A stretch of 55,744 bases of DNA. Origin: a virus (Duplodnaviria > Caudoviricetes). The stretch covers positions 1 to 55,744 of the IMG/VR virus record IMGVR_UViG_3300033076_001147; one strand, given 5' to 3'. The notes beneath the pieces are model-generated. The model was not told where the DNA came from, searched no databases, and saw nothing but the letters and a program-made list of their open reading frames with translations. Shown here piece by piece: positions 8,749 to 16,766 of this stretch (the first letter of the stretch is position 1; each line of letters starts with the position of its first letter). The translations under genes were made by a program, and so were the position numbers.

Positions 8749-9165
8749 ATGGGCAAGCACGAACTGACCCCGGCCGAGGCCCTCGGCCTCATTGACCCCG
8801 CCGCCGTGCGCGGCTGGTCGACGGCGAAGATGCGGGATTTCATGCGTCGCAAGGGCATCGCGCGCGGCGGGCGCGAGAGCAAGGAGGAGCTGGCCCAGAA
8901 GATCATCCTGGCGCTGGACCTCAAGGAGTCGACCTTCACGGTTCGGTGCCCAAAGTGCGGGCTCAACGCGACAGGCGACGGCATCGCGAAAGCGTTCGGC
9001 TTCCGCACCATCGGCAAGGCCACAATCCCGCAGTCGTGGTGCCGGGCGTGCCGACGCGGCGACAGCAAGGCGCGGGCCGAGCGGAAGCGCGCCGAGAAGA
9101 GGGCGGCCCTGGTTGCGAAGCACTCCGCGAGCGTGGACGCCAAGCACGACGGCGGCGCCGCATGA
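8749..9165 (+). CDS. basic Zn-finger protein
   Basis: CPKC...FGFR...PQSWCRAC, with a short helical N-domain. Confidence 0.65.
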   Translation: MGKHELTPAEALGLIDPAAVRGWSTAKMRDFMRRKGIARGGRESKEELAQKIILALDLKESTFTVRCPKCGLNATGDGIAKAFGFRTIGKATIPQSWCRACRRGDSKARAERKRAEKRAALVAKHSASVDAKHDGGAA

Positions 9166-9740
9166 GCGCCCCCAAGCTCGTCCGGCGCACCTTCATGGGC
9201 GTCCCGGTGTTCCTCCATGTTGACCGGAAGGCGGCTTCCGTTGGGGCCGTTGCGGGCGGCATCGAGCTGTCGCTCGTGCTGCTTCGGGAGTCATGGAACG
9301 TCGGGCTCACCGCACGCATCGTCGACCGCCGGGCGAACGAGACGCCTTGGCAGGGGGCGCTCCTCGTTGCCGGGCTCCCGCTTGAGAGCCCCCACGCGAA
9401 GCTCAAGCCGGGGCTCGGTGTTCGCATGGCGGCCGGACCGCTGGCCTTCTCACTCCTGGCGAAGTCGAAGCGGCCCGAGCTGCCGGACATTTCCGGACTG
9501 CGCAAGCTCTACTACGCCGCGGCCGAGCTAGGCAGCGTTGACGGCATCCTGTGGATGCTGGCAGCGGACGTCGTCATCCAGCGGGCCTATGCGACGTTCT
9601 ACAGGACCGCCCCATCCGAGCAGGCAGAGGACCACAACGAGGCCGGCTGCGACACCGCGGCGTCGATGCTGGCGGCCTTCATCCACACGCTCGCGACAGC
9701 GGGCAAGGATCGAGAGGCTACGCGTGCTGGCCGAGGGTGA
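9162..9740 (+). CDS. hypothetical protein
   Basis: ATGA coupling and codon bias. Confidence 0.6.
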   Translation: MSAPKLVRRTFMGVPVFLHVDRKAASVGAVAGGIELSLVLLRESWNVGLTARIVDRRANETPWQGALLVAGLPLESPHAKLKPGLGVRMAAGPLAFSLLAKSKRPELPDISGLRKLYYAAAELGSVDGILWMLAADVVIQRAYATFYRTAPSEQAEDHNEAGCDTAASMLAAFIHTLATAGKDREATRAGRG

Positions 9741-9753
9741 GGCGCCCGCTACC

Positions 9754-10269
9754 ATGAGCGTCCCTGTGACCGAGTTCGCTACCGGCAACAGGGACAGCGG
9801 GCTCGACTGGAGCCTGGCGAGCCAGCTCGTCGGCACCGAGCGACGCCTCATCCTCACGCTGTCGGCCTACTTCCCATCGACCGACGTCGACAAGCTGGCC
9901 GCGGTGGGCAAGCTGACCAAGCTGTTCGACTCGGCCGCCGAGCCCGGCGTCGAGCAGCCCCAGCCCATCCCGGTCGCCCAGCCCGCCAAGACCGGACAGC
10001 CCGCCAGCACCGACCACGCGCGCCCGCTCGCGGACTGGGACGAGCGCGACAGCAACGTCCTCTGGTGGATGTTCCCGGTCGTCGAGCCGCCCTACGTCGG
10101 GACGCCGCTCGACGACGACTGGCCGGGCTATCACACGCACTGGACCCCCATCGACATCCCTGTGTCAGCCCCAGAGACGGCCGGCGACGTGCGCAACATG
10201 CGCATAACCAGCCGGTTCGACCCTGCCTCTATGGAGGTCATCTTCACGGCTCGGGAGGGAGGAGCATGA
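9754..10269 (+). CDS. hypothetical protein
   Basis: Codon bias; Trp/Pro-rich segment VLWWMFPVVEPPYVGTPLDDDWPGYHTHWTP. Confidence 0.6.
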   Translation: MSVPVTEFATGNRDSGLDWSLASQLVGTERRLILTLSAYFPSTDVDKLAAVGKLTKLFDSAAEPGVEQPQPIPVAQPAKTGQPASTDHARPLADWDERDSNVLWWMFPVVEPPYVGTPLDDDWPGYHTHWTPIDIPVSAPETAGDVRNMRITSRFDPASMEVIFTAREGGA

Positions 10270-10487
10270 GTGACCAGTCCGCACTTCGATCCTACTGCCG
10301 GCGCCATGCGCTGGAGCACCGGCTCACCGAGCCCGACGGCACCTTCACGCTCGACGCATACGAGCTTGCGCGCGAGGCGTCGCTCGTCGTCTCGCTGGAC
10401 GAAATGACGACCCAAGCCGCGGCGGCCTGGGCCGAGCAGTACGCGACAGACAACGCAGAGGAGCTGCTCAGCGGCTTCGAGGGATAG
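10266..10487 (+). CDS. hypothetical protein
   Basis: Strong RBS and ATGA coupling. Confidence 0.55.
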   Translation: MSDQSALRSYCRRHALEHRLTEPDGTFTLDAYELAREASLVVSLDEMTTQAAAAWAEQYATDNAEELLSGFEG

Positions 10488-10495
10488 GAGAACCC

Positions 10496-11011
10496 ATGCA
10501 CCCGAACGTGCTTATCGTCGACGACTCCCACGCGAGACACGCGACCATCCTGACCATGCTGGGCAAGGTCGCCCCGCTCAAGGGCTGGACCATCGTCTCG
10601 CGCTACTCGCCGGCCGGCGTCAGCGACGCGGAGCTGGTCCAGGCCGACATCGTGTTCCTCGACCATGACATGTGCCTCGGCTCACACCCCATTGACGAGC
10701 CGTCGCCGCTGCCGCTCGCCAACTTCTGCCCGACCTCCGGCGAGTCGGAGCGGTGCACCTGCCCTACCGGGCTCGACCTTGCCGAGCGGCTCTGCGACCT
10801 GCTCTCGCCGGAGCCCGGGCACCGGGCGGCGCGCCCCGCGGTCGTCGTTCACTCGGCCAACGTCATCGGCCGCGGCCGGATGACCGACCTTCTGCGGGGC
10901 CGCTTCCGCGAGGTCTACACGGTTCCTGGGGCCGTCGCAGGGCATGGGAGCTGGGCAGCGTTCCGCGAGCGCGCCGAGCGGGCCAGCGACGCGCGGGAGG
11001 ACGGCGCATGA
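10496..11011 (+). CDS. cyclic-phosphate-processing receiver-like (cREC) domain protein
   Basis: LIVDD, FLDHDM, TG.DL and VVVHSANVIG...M motifs. Confidence 0.72.
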   Translation: MHPNVLIVDDSHARHATILTMLGKVAPLKGWTIVSRYSPAGVSDAELVQADIVFLDHDMCLGSHPIDEPSPLPLANFCPTSGESERCTCPTGLDLAERLCDLLSPEPGHRAARPAVVVHSANVIGRGRMTDLLRGRFREVYTVPGAVAGHGSWAAFRERAERASDAREDGA

Positions 11012-11316
11012 TCTGGTTCAGGCCCGAAGGGCAGCGCAACAGGCTCGCCCCGCTCAACGATGTCGTCGACCTGGACGGTCGGCGCGTCCTGTGCGGCGGC
11101 GACGTCATCAAGACCTTCGACACGCCGGAGCAGGCCCTCGCCGGATTCCTTGGCATCCGGACGTGCCTCAACAACGGGGCCGATGCCGGGACCCTCAAGC
11201 TGACCGCCCATCCCGACGGCGTCCTGACCGTCGTATACGTCGCTGGCAAGGCCACGTTCAGCGTTCTGCGGACGCCACACGGGCTCCGCGTCGACCCGGA
11301 GGGGCGCCATGACTGA
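11008..11316 (+). CDS. hypothetical protein
   Basis: GGAGG RBS and ATGA coupling. Confidence 0.6.
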   Translation: MIWFRPEGQRNRLAPLNDVVDLDGRRVLCGGDVIKTFDTPEQALAGFLGIRTCLNNGADAGTLKLTAHPDGVLTVVYVAGKATFSVLRTPHGLRVDPEGRHD

Positions 11317-11544
11317 GACCCTGGCAGCCCTAGGATACTGGACGCGCTCGACCAGACGCGACAGCTCGTCCTCGACGGGCGCGTCAAGGCCATCATGATC
11401 CAGGCGCCCTTCGTGACCGAGGACGGGCTGGACGCGACGTTCGCCGCGTTCCACTCCCAGGACGGCTACCCCATCCAGCTCCAGCTCGGGATGCTGGAGT
11501 ACGCCAAGGTCAAGCTGGTGGCACAGATGGAGCGGCCGGCGTGA
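11309..11544 (+). pseudogene. small hypothetical gene with apparent frameshift near its start
   Basis: The ATG at 11309 (with RBS) closes early. The coding-like frame RILDALDQ...LGMLEYAK runs 11317-11544. Confidence 0.4.
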
Positions 11545-11719
11545 CGGCGGGCGGTAGGCCGGGGGCTTCGGCCCCTCGCGCGCGCACGCGCTCTTACTCC
11601 TACAGGGAGAGCGGCAGACGCACGTCCAGCGACCCCCAACCCCACCCCCGCATGGAGCGGTCGCCCCCTCCCCTATCACAGACCAGCGGGACCGCGCAAA
11701 CGCAGGCGCAGGGCGGATT

Positions 11720-11780
11720 TCGTAACGGTTTGGGTAACGGTTCCGAAACGGTTTCGGAACCGTTCCGGAACCGTTCCGCC
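11720..11780. repeat. AACGGTT/AACCGTT direct and inverted repeat cluster (iteron- or pac-like)
   Basis: GTAACGGTTTGGGTAACGGTTCCGAAACGGTTTCGGAACCGTTCCGGAACCGTTCCG. Confidence 0.7.
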
Positions 11781-11807
11781 GTAAAAGAGCAGCAAGGGCA
11801 ATAGCTT

Positions 11808-13577
11808 ATGCCTGCGAAGGGAACAAGCCGTTCTGGGCGCAAGGTTCACGGCCGCGCAGCTTCCCGTCGGAGAGTCACGCCGGAGGAGCGCGCGAAGGCG
11901 GCGGCTGACGCCAAGGCCCTGAGCGAGGCGAGGCAGGCCGAGGCCGCGCAGCGCCGAACGCAACGCGCCGAGAAGGCGGCCAGGGCCGCTGCCCTGACCC
12001 TGCCGAGCCAGAACCTGCAGGCGGCCGGCGTAAAGGCGGCTGTCGCCGCGGACGGGTCGTTCCTCTGGTGGACCCCACGCCGAGAGGTGCGCGTGCCGTC
12101 GCAGGAGGCGGCGCTCCGGGCGATGGGCTCGGGCGTGTTTGGGCGATGGGCGCGCAAGGCCGCCGAGCCGACGCCGCAAGGGCTTTGGGCGTTCCTCCAG
12201 CTCGTGCCGAAGGACCACACCACCCAGGCGCGGTGGAAGTTGGCGCCCCACCACTGGGAGTGGCAATCGGCCGCGTTCCTCCACCGTGAGCTGAACATCA
12301 TCGCACCCATCGGGCACGGCAAGACCGAGCAGCTCAGCTACGCGCGCACGGCCTGGGAGATCGGCTGCAACGTCCGCCTTCGGCACGGGCTTGGCAGCAA
12401 CACCGCGGAGCAGGCAATCCGGACGACACGGGCCATCCGGCACCTCATCGAGTCCTCGGACGACTACAGGCGCGTGTTCCCGCACGTCCTCCCGGGCGAC
12501 GTCTGGACCGACCGGGCCTTCACCGTCCAGCGGCCGAACGTCGGCGACCGCAACCCGACCGTGCAGGCATTCGGCCTTCACGGCGCGCTGCTTGGCGCCC
12601 GCCTGGAGCGCGCCGGGCTGGACGACATGGACGACTTGGAGAGCACCTGGACCAAGGACGCGCGGCACAAGGCCCAGGAGTGGACCCGCACCAACGTCCT
12701 GTCGCGCCTGGGCGAGGCCGGCAGGCTCCGCTCTGTGCAGACGGCATGGCACCCAGAGGACCACGCGCACTCGTTCCGCGCGCTCGGCATGGTCACCTAC
12801 GTCTACCGCATCCGGAACCCGGACGGCTCCTACCTCTGGAGCGCGTACTGGAATGCGGACCGCGAGGCCCGGATGCGGCGCCTGCTCGGCGAGACCGCGT
12901 CGGCGCGAATGCTCGACAGCCGGCCGCGCACCGGCGACCTGAGCCGGTTCCAGGAGGAGTGGCTCAGGGTCGCGCTCGCCAACGGGCTAGGGCGCCCGAC
13001 GTACAGGGCTGTCCAGGCCGACAACGGCTCCGGCATCTTCGTCGGCGTGGACCTTTCGACAGGCATCGAGGACGGAGACCTTGCCAGCTTCGCCGTTGTT
13101 CTTTGCGACCGCGAGGGCCGCCGGCACCTGCTCACCATCGAGTCGGGGCGATGGAACGGGCCTGTCATCCTTGGCAAGATCCGCGAGTTCGCGAAGCGCT
13201 ACCCGGGCGCAACGTTCGTCGTCGAGAACAACGCGGCGCAGGACTACATCTGCCAGTTCGCAGCCGAGCAGGTTGGCAACATCTTCCCCTACACGACCGG
13301 GCGCGCGAAGGCCGACCCGCGCTTCGGTATCGAGTCCCTGGCGACCGAGATGGCGAACGGCCGCTGGTACATCCCGTGCTCACATCTTGGGCCGAGCCTC
13401 CCGCTGAGCTACTCGGCCGACGCCGAGGTAACGGCGTTCATCAGCGAGTGCTTCGACTACCTGCCGGGAAAGCACACGGGCGACCGCCTGATGTCCGTCT
13501 GGTTCGCCCTGGAGGGCATCCGTCGGCAGTTCGGCGCAATGGCCGAGAACGTGGACCTCTGGCAGGCTCGCCGCTGA
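11808..13577 (+). CDS. terL: terminase large subunit
   Basis: APIGHGKT Walker A, GLDDMDD Walker B, GVDLS nuclease motif, VENNAAQ, HTGDRLM. Start uncertain. Confidence 0.9.
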   Translation: MPAKGTSRSGRKVHGRAASRRRVTPEERAKAAADAKALSEARQAEAAQRRTQRAEKAARAAALTLPSQNLQAAGVKAAVAADGSFLWWTPRREVRVPSQEAALRAMGSGVFGRWARKAAEPTPQGLWAFLQLVPKDHTTQARWKLAPHHWEWQSAAFLHRELNIIAPIGHGKTEQLSYARTAWEIGCNVRLRHGLGSNTAEQAIRTTRAIRHLIESSDDYRRVFPHVLPGDVWTDRAFTVQRPNVGDRNPTVQAFGLHGALLGARLERAGLDDMDDLESTWTKDARHKAQEWTRTNVLSRLGEAGRLRSVQTAWHPEDHAHSFRALGMVTYVYRIRNPDGSYLWSAYWNADREARMRRLLGETASARMLDSRPRTGDLSRFQEEWLRVALANGLGRPTYRAVQADNGSGIFVGVDLSTGIEDGDLASFAVVLCDREGRRHLLTIESGRWNGPVILGKIREFAKRYPGATFVVENNAAQDYICQFAAEQVGNIFPYTTGRAKADPRFGIESLATEMANGRWYIPCSHLGPSLPLSYSADAEVTAFISECFDYLPGKHTGDRLMSVWFALEGIRRQFGAMAENVDLWQARR

Positions 13578-13990
13578 GCCCTCGCGCCCGCAGTCGCGGC
13601 AGCACTCCTCCTGTCACCCTTGGGTCGCCCCTGCGACTCCAAGCGGGCGCGAGGCTCTCCTCTTGACCGAGACCGCGCGACCCCGTAACGATGGAAGGCC
13701 TCTGAGGCTTCATCGCTACGATCGGAGCGGTTGTTGTCGCGGCCCCCTCTAGCGCGCCAACGCTAGAGGCGGGCCCTGCCACGACACCTCGACGCGATGC
13801 TCACAACACCCCCTGCAAGGCCGGGCTGGACACGCCGTCGCGACGCCGGCAGCATGAGCCCCGAGCGAGCCCGCGCAGGAGGCCCTGACAAGGCCGCACG
13901 GCCGCGAGCCGGCCCCTACCAAGCGAGCGGCCGGGAGAGCGATGCTCCGGACCTTGGCAGGGCCTCCTGTAAGCGCGGTGCAGAGGGGTG
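13576..13990 (+). ncRNA. candidate multi-stem structured RNA
   Basis: Consecutive long stems at 13576-13657, 13684-13720, 13732-13786 and 13807-13990. Confidence 0.5.
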
Positions 13991-13993
13991 ACG

Positions 13994-14401
13994 ATGAAGC
14001 TGACCATCCAGGGGCGCCCCCCGGCGCTCAACGATCGAACCGGCATCGGTAAGCAGGGCCACGGCTACACGACGAAAGCGGCCAAGGACTACCAGAAGGA
14101 CGTCGCCCTGCAGGCGCGGACGCAGTACCAGGGGCCGCCGCTGGAAGGACAGCTTGCCGTCCTCTACGTCGTCGGCATCGCCAACGGTAGGCGCGACTGG
14201 GACGCGAGCTACAAGGACATCCAGGACGCGCTCTCTGGCATCGCCTGGGGCGATGACAGGCAGATCGTTGTCGGAATCGGCATCATCAACAACCGGGCCG
14301 AAGCCGACGCAGTCTCCGTGTTCGTCGAGCCGCTCGCGGGGCTCGACAAGCTGCTCAACATCGCGTCCGCGGCTGGCGGCGCGATCAGGAAGGCGACATG
14401 A
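13994..14401 (+). CDS. rusA: RusA-like Holliday junction resolvase
   Basis: RRDWDASYKDIQDALSGIAWGDDRQIV. Confidence 0.85.
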   Translation: MKLTIQGRPPALNDRTGIGKQGHGYTTKAAKDYQKDVALQARTQYQGPPLEGQLAVLYVVGIANGRRDWDASYKDIQDALSGIAWGDDRQIVVGIGIINNRAEADAVSVFVEPLAGLDKLLNIASAAGGAIRKAT

Positions 14402-16083
14402 CCGACACCCTCGCGCCCAGCGACCGAAAGGCCACCCTCGACTGGTACGAGTCATTTTGGCGGGCCGTCGAGTACGACGGCCGCGAGCACGACTACCTCG
14501 GCCGGAAGTTCGGAAAGGGGCCTGCGCGCCGCATTGAGGGACCGTGGTACGAGGCGGACGCGGAGGCGTCGGTCCGCAGCGTCCCGATGGCCTCGCGCAA
14601 GCCTGCGTCGCCGTCGCGACTGGGCCGCACCATCGTGACCCGGTTCACCGACGCCCTCTACGCCGACGGGAAGGCGCCGAGCATCGTCGTAAAGGGCGAC
14701 TCGACGACCAACGAGTTCCTGGAGGGCATCCGGCTCGCTGGCGCGTACTGGCCGAGCTGGGTCGAGACGCGCAACGTCGGAGGAGCCCTCGGGTCCGTCC
14801 TCCGCACGTTCGCGTTTCACGACGGCGTACCTGTCTTCGAGGTCCACAACCCGAAGTACGTCAGCATCCAGTGGGGCGACCGGGCGACCGGGCGCATCCT
14901 CGCCGTCGACATCACCTACCAGTACCCGGTCGAGGAGCGGTCGAGGCGAGGCTGGGTCACTCGCTGGTACTGGTACAGGCGCCGCATCGACACGCGGGCA
15001 GACACCGTGTTCAAGCCGCTGGAGGCGAGCGCGGACCCGAGCTCCGGATGGGACATCGAGACCGAGGTCGTTCACGGCCTCGGGTTCTTCCCCGGCGTCT
15101 GGATTCAGAACACGCGCTGCTCGGACACCATCGACGGCGAGCCCGACTGCTACGGGCAGTTCGAGGCCATCCAGGAGTACGACGCCCTCAAGAGCCTGGC
15201 CTCTGCTGGACTCCTGCCGAACGCAGACCCGACGCTGGTCATCGCGACAACCAAACGCGTCGGAGAGGTTCGCAAGGGCTCAGGGAACGCCATCATCCTC
15301 AACCCGAGTGAGTCGGCCACCTACCTGACGCTCAGCGGCGAGGCTGCGGCAGCCTGCATCTCAACGGCCAAGGCGCTCAAGGAGGACATCTGCCAAGCGC
15401 TGAGCGTAGTCCTGGAGGGGACCGACTCGGGCGCGCAGGGCGGGGCCACCGCGACCGAGATCCGCCACCGTTACCGCTCGTTCTTCGAACGCACCGACTC
15501 GTTCCGAGCGCAGTACGGGGCGGCTATGAAGACCGAGGCCGAGCTGCTCTTGGCGGCGGCGCGGCGCCTCATGGAGCCTGTCGCGCCGGCCGCCGAGGGC
15601 GACGACGTACCGCTGACGACGCTCGACACCGAGATCGCACTCGGGCTCCTCAACGATGTCGACGCGGACGTTCCGAGCACGTTCACCAACGGCATCGAGG
15701 GCGGCGTCACGCTGTACCGACAGGTCCTCAAGCTCCCGCCGAAGCTGAGCGACGATGACGGCGACCCGGACACGCCAGCCACCCTGCGACAACGAGAGCT
15801 GGGACCCGGAGGCATCGTCGACGTCTCCTGGCCCGAGCACATCGCGCTCACGCCGGTCGAAATCCAGACCCTCGTCGCCGGCCTTGTCGCGGCGCGCGAG
15901 GCGGGCTTCATCGACCAGAACGGCGCAGCTACCGCGTTCCTCCAAGCGTTTGGCGTGCGCGACACGGCGGCCACTATCGCCAAGGCCACGGCCGAGAAGG
16001 AAGCTCGGGCGGCAGAGGCGGCGGCCAAGTTCCAGGCGGCTATGGCGGCCAGCGGGCCGCAGTTCAGCGAGGAGCGCCCATGA
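14398..16083 (+). CDS. portal protein (SPP1-like)
   Basis: 561 aa, downstream of TerL; VHGLGFFPGVWIQN and ATATEI motifs. Confidence 0.8.
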   Translation: MTDTLAPSDRKATLDWYESFWRAVEYDGREHDYLGRKFGKGPARRIEGPWYEADAEASVRSVPMASRKPASPSRLGRTIVTRFTDALYADGKAPSIVVKGDSTTNEFLEGIRLAGAYWPSWVETRNVGGALGSVLRTFAFHDGVPVFEVHNPKYVSIQWGDRATGRILAVDITYQYPVEERSRRGWVTRWYWYRRRIDTRADTVFKPLEASADPSSGWDIETEVVHGLGFFPGVWIQNTRCSDTIDGEPDCYGQFEAIQEYDALKSLASAGLLPNADPTLVIATTKRVGEVRKGSGNAIILNPSESATYLTLSGEAAAACISTAKALKEDICQALSVVLEGTDSGAQGGATATEIRHRYRSFFERTDSFRAQYGAAMKTEAELLLAAARRLMEPVAPAAEGDDVPLTTLDTEIALGLLNDVDADVPSTFTNGIEGGVTLYRQVLKLPPKLSDDDGDPDTPATLRQRELGPGGIVDVSWPEHIALTPVEIQTLVAGLVAAREAGFIDQNGAATAFLQAFGVRDTAATIAKATAEKEARAAEAAAKFQAAMAASGPQFSEERP

Positions 16084-16445
16084 TCTACTGCATCGGCTTC
16101 GACGGCGTCATCGCCGAGCGGTCGCGGGCCGGAGAACCGCTGCGCTGGGTCGACGGCGCAAGGGATGGCGTGCGAGCCCTTGCCCGCGCCGGGCACGAGG
16201 TCGTCGTGTGGAGCGAGCGCATGGGGCCTTCCGCGACCACTTCCGAGCGGGATGAGCTGGAGACCTTCCTCGCCGAGGATGTCGAAGCGGGGACGCTGCG
16301 CATCGCGACGGCCGAGCGCGACGGCCCGAAGCCAATCGCGTCCGTGTACATCGACGCTCGCGCCGAGCGGTTCGACAGGCTCGCGAGCGCCTATGCGGGC
16401 GGCAGCGTGAGCTGGGCATCCATCAGGCCCGCGCAAGCGAGGTAG
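16080..16445 (+). CDS. HAD-superfamily fold protein, catalytic Asp residues degenerate
   Basis: IGFDGVI (normally DFDG), VVVWS, KP.ASVYIDARA (normally YIDDRA). Confidence 0.6.
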   Translation: MIYCIGFDGVIAERSRAGEPLRWVDGARDGVRALARAGHEVVVWSERMGPSATTSERDELETFLAEDVEAGTLRIATAERDGPKPIASVYIDARAERFDRLASAYAGGSVSWASIRPAQAR

Positions 16446-16449
16446 CATC

Positions 16450-16758
16450 GTGAACCTGACCAACGACAAGGGGCTCGACGAGAACCCGGAGACCGGAAAG
16501 CCGCTTCCCTCTGTGAAGCACGACGCCATGCTCCGGTGGATCCGGAGCACCGGCGCCGACATCGACCCGCGTAAGCCGCGCGAGCGCGCCGAGGCCTCTG
16601 CCCTGCGCTCGGCGTGCGTCGCGCTGCGAGACCTCGCGCACAAGGCAGACGAGGCGGCCCAGCTTCAGACGTACCCTGGGCAGGCCGACTGGTACAGCGA
16701 GGAGGCCGACCGCAACGCCGTCGCCATCGAGCGGCTTCGCAAGATCCTGAACAAGTAA
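16450..16758 (+). CDS. hypothetical protein
   Basis: ORF with codon bias filling the gap before MuF. Confidence 0.55.
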   Translation: MNLTNDKGLDENPETGKPLPSVKHDAMLRWIRSTGADIDPRKPRERAEASALRSACVALRDLAHKADEAAQLQTYPGQADWYSEEADRNAVAIERLRKILNK

Positions 16759-16766
16759 GGGCCGCC

